A stretch of 62,426 nucleotides of DNA, counting the filler. It is 22 parts of 22 records of this genome, joined end to end, with 100 filler letters (N's around TTAATTAATTAA, not from the genome) between each part and the next. Parts side by side here need not be neighbours in the genome. Positions count along the whole stretch, not along the records: positions 60,422 to 62,426 come from SRR16133337_71623; 21 more parts are not named here. The stretch is one strand, 5' to 3'. Numbering within the stretch: the stretch's first letter is position 1; every line of letters starts with the position of its first letter. The notes below the pieces were generated by a model. That model was not told the DNA's origin. It worked only from the letters and a program-made list of their open reading frames with translations, and searched no databases. Shown piece by piece: positions 60,422 to 62,426 of this stretch. The position numbers and the translations under genes were made by a program.

Positions 60422-60953
60422 TCTTGTTTTTTTAAATAATTTAAAAACTCCCCTATCAGAATGGGATCAAATTCAATTATTAGAAATATTAAAGAGATTT
60501 GAAAACCAAGAAATACCAGATATTACACCTTGGTTGAAGTCAGAAAATGAATCCGTAATTATTTTTGCGTTAAAACTAGCAAAAATTTACAATCAGTTTG
60601 AGGTAAAAGACACACTGATTGATTTATTAACCCATAAAAGTAAAAAGGTGAGAGTTTCGTTAATTCCTGTATTAAGCTATTTGCAGGTTTTAGAAGCGAA
60701 AGAAATTTTAAAAAGGAACTTTAAAGAATCCAGCCTAGAAGAACAAATCGCTTTTTTTAAAATGTTAGAAAGCACATTTGATCATAAAGATACCTCCTTT
60801 TTATGGGAACACATCCATCATGAAAATTTTGAAATGAAGTTCTCCGCATTAAAAACATTAAAAGAGCTTGATCCCGATGGGTTTGAAAATTTAGAAACAA
60901 CTCCACCAGAGTCCGAATTCGTAAAAATTGTTAAATTTATAAAAAATAACTGA
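60422..60953 (+). CDS. HEAT-repeat protein (5'-truncated)
   Basis: Helical repeats (WLKSENESVIIFALKL, LLTHKSKKVR, HIHHENFEMKFSALKTL). The frame is open from the contig start. Confidence 0.8.
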
Positions 60954-60967
60954 TTGGAGATCTAAGC

Positions 60968-62392
60968 ATGGTACTTATAATAATACTCACATTTGTTTAC
61001 TTATTCATTGCTTATACGATTACAGTAATCGTGTCTTATATCCTATTATCCCTACTTTCTTCATTTGAAACGATTGAATATTTTAAAAAAAACAGTTTTG
61101 TCAACTATAAAGAAATTGTAGCTTCAACGATTTCTCCATCTATTTCCATTATAGCACCCGCCTATAATGAAAGCCTAAATATTGTTGAAAACGTAAGATC
61201 TTTATTGTCAAATCATTACGTAAATTACGATGTCATTATTATAAACGATGGAAGTAACGATGATAGTTTAGAAAAATTGAAGAAAGCCTATGACTTGGTT
61301 CGTGTAGATTATCTTATAAATGAACAGATAAAAACAAAACCATTAAGAGAAGGTGTTTTTAAATCCACCAATCCAGCATTTGAAAAATTGATCGTTGTTG
61401 ATAAAGAAAATGGAGGAAAATCAGATGCGTTAAATTTAGGATTAAATATAAGTAATAGTGACTATGTTGCCTGTATAGATGTTGACTGTTTGTTGTTGGA
61501 AGATGCACTTCAAAAAATGATAAAACCCTTTTTAGAAATAACGGATTTTACGGTAATCGCCACAGGAGGGGTCATAAGAATTGCCAATTCCTGTGTCATA
61601 AAAAACGGAAAATTATTGGAGATTAATTTTCCTAAAAAAATGATAGAAAGAGTGCAAATATTGGAATATTTAAGGTCTTTTTTATTAGGAAGAATGGCTT
61701 GGAGTAGGCTTAATGGACTTTTGGTTATTTCGGGTGCTTTTGGTTTGTTTGACAAAAAAATTGCCATTGAAGTAGGGGGGTATGATACACACACTGTAGG
61801 GGAAGATATGGAAATTATTGTACGAATGAGGAGGCATATGGAAGAGCAGAAAAGAAAATATAAAATTGCCTATATTCCTGATCCGCTTTGTTGGACAGAG
61901 GCTCCAGATAATTATAAGATTCTCATCTCTCAGCGAAACAGATGGACCCGAGGAACTATTGAAACTCTTAAGAAACACCGTAAAATAGCAGGCAACTATA
62001 GATACAGATCTCTTGGGCTTCTGAGTTATCCCTATTGGTTTGTTTATGAAAGAATGGCTCCCATTATTGAAGTTGTAGGAATGCTGTATTTAATAGGATT
62101 AATCGCATCTAAAAGCGTGAGGTGGGACTTTGCTATTGCTTTTTTTATAATCGCCTATTTGTTCTCAGTTCTATTTTCTTTGGTGGCTATCTTTTCGGAA
62201 GAACTCACCTATCATCAATATAAAAAGAGAGGGACAGGTTTTAGTTTGATTCTCACTATTTTATTAGAGCCTTTTACCCTACATCCCTTTATTCTTTATG
62301 CAGCAATAAGGGGTAATTTAGACTATTATTTTAATAAGAAGAAGAAATGGGGGGTAATGAGAAGAAAAGGACTTGCAGAAAGCAAAAGTTAG
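60968..62392 (+). CDS. Processive GT2 glycosyltransferase (PgaC/IcaA-like)
   Basis: APAYNE, NDGSND, NGGKSDALN, DVD, GED, QRNRW; N- and C-terminal TM helices. Confidence 0.93.
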   Translation: MVLIIILTFVYLFIAYTITVIVSYILLSLLSSFETIEYFKKNSFVNYKEIVASTISPSISIIAPAYNESLNIVENVRSLLSNHYVNYDVIIINDGSNDDSLEKLKKAYDLVRVDYLINEQIKTKPLREGVFKSTNPAFEKLIVVDKENGGKSDALNLGLNISNSDYVACIDVDCLLLEDALQKMIKPFLEITDFTVIATGGVIRIANSCVIKNGKLLEINFPKKMIERVQILEYLRSFLLGRMAWSRLNGLLVISGAFGLFDKKIAIEVGGYDTHTVGEDMEIIVRMRRHMEEQKRKYKIAYIPDPLCWTEAPDNYKILISQRNRWTRGTIETLKKHRKIAGNYRYRSLGLLSYPYWFVYERMAPIIEVVGMLYLIGLIASKSVRWDFAIAFFIIAYLFSVLFSLVAIFSEELTYHQYKKRGTGFSLILTILLEPFTLHPFILYAAIRGNLDYYFNKKKKWGVMRRKGLAESKS

Positions 62393-62393
62393 T

Positions 62394-62426
62394 AAAAAAT
62401 TCGGGTTTCTAACTGGGAGGAGTATA
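62394..62426. repeat. TATA-ended palindromic element, right arm (copy G)
   Basis: AAAAAATTCGGGTTTCTAACTGGGAGGAGTATA, 1 bp after the GT2 stop. Confidence 0.88.

Noticed and set aside
25013-62426. TATA-ended repeat as a CRISPR array
   Set aside because: Copies are dispersed singly, with no repeat-spacer periodicity and no cas genes.

Overview
The window is not one locus. It is 22 short contigs joined by 21 artificial 100-bp linkers (44 N + TTAATTAATTAA + 44 N), and three genomes are mixed. (1) An AT-rich, intron-containing eukaryote, probably a protist. Exons could be reconstructed for an SMC1-like protein, an OLE1-type cytochrome b5 domain, a PPC-domain protein, a RINGv ligase, a SAM + PD-(D/E)xK Crinkler-like gene, a CUE protein, a mucin-like protein and a Cys-rich protein, plus a piggyBac-like relic. 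(2) A mitochondrial fragment (rps3, atp6, atp1) read with TGA=Trp and carrying a divergent ATP synthase. (3) About 20 kb of a Flavobacteriaceae-like bacterium: tRNA-Asp, pcrA/uvrD, a type III R-M system, ribE-pdxA-rpmF-fabH-accB, SusC/SusD, acyl-CoA dehydrogenase and HEAT+GT2. The strongest unexplained signal is a ~58-bp palindromic element in the bacterium (inferred consensus TATACTCCGCCCAGTTAGAAACCCGAAAA/TTTTCGGGTTTCTAACTGGGCGGAGTATA). It occurs at 7 loci and at 6 of the 12 bacterial contig ends. It brackets the type III R-M module, encodes the last residues of RibE, and sits where most of yceD (DUF177) has been deleted. Genes on different contigs are not neighbours.
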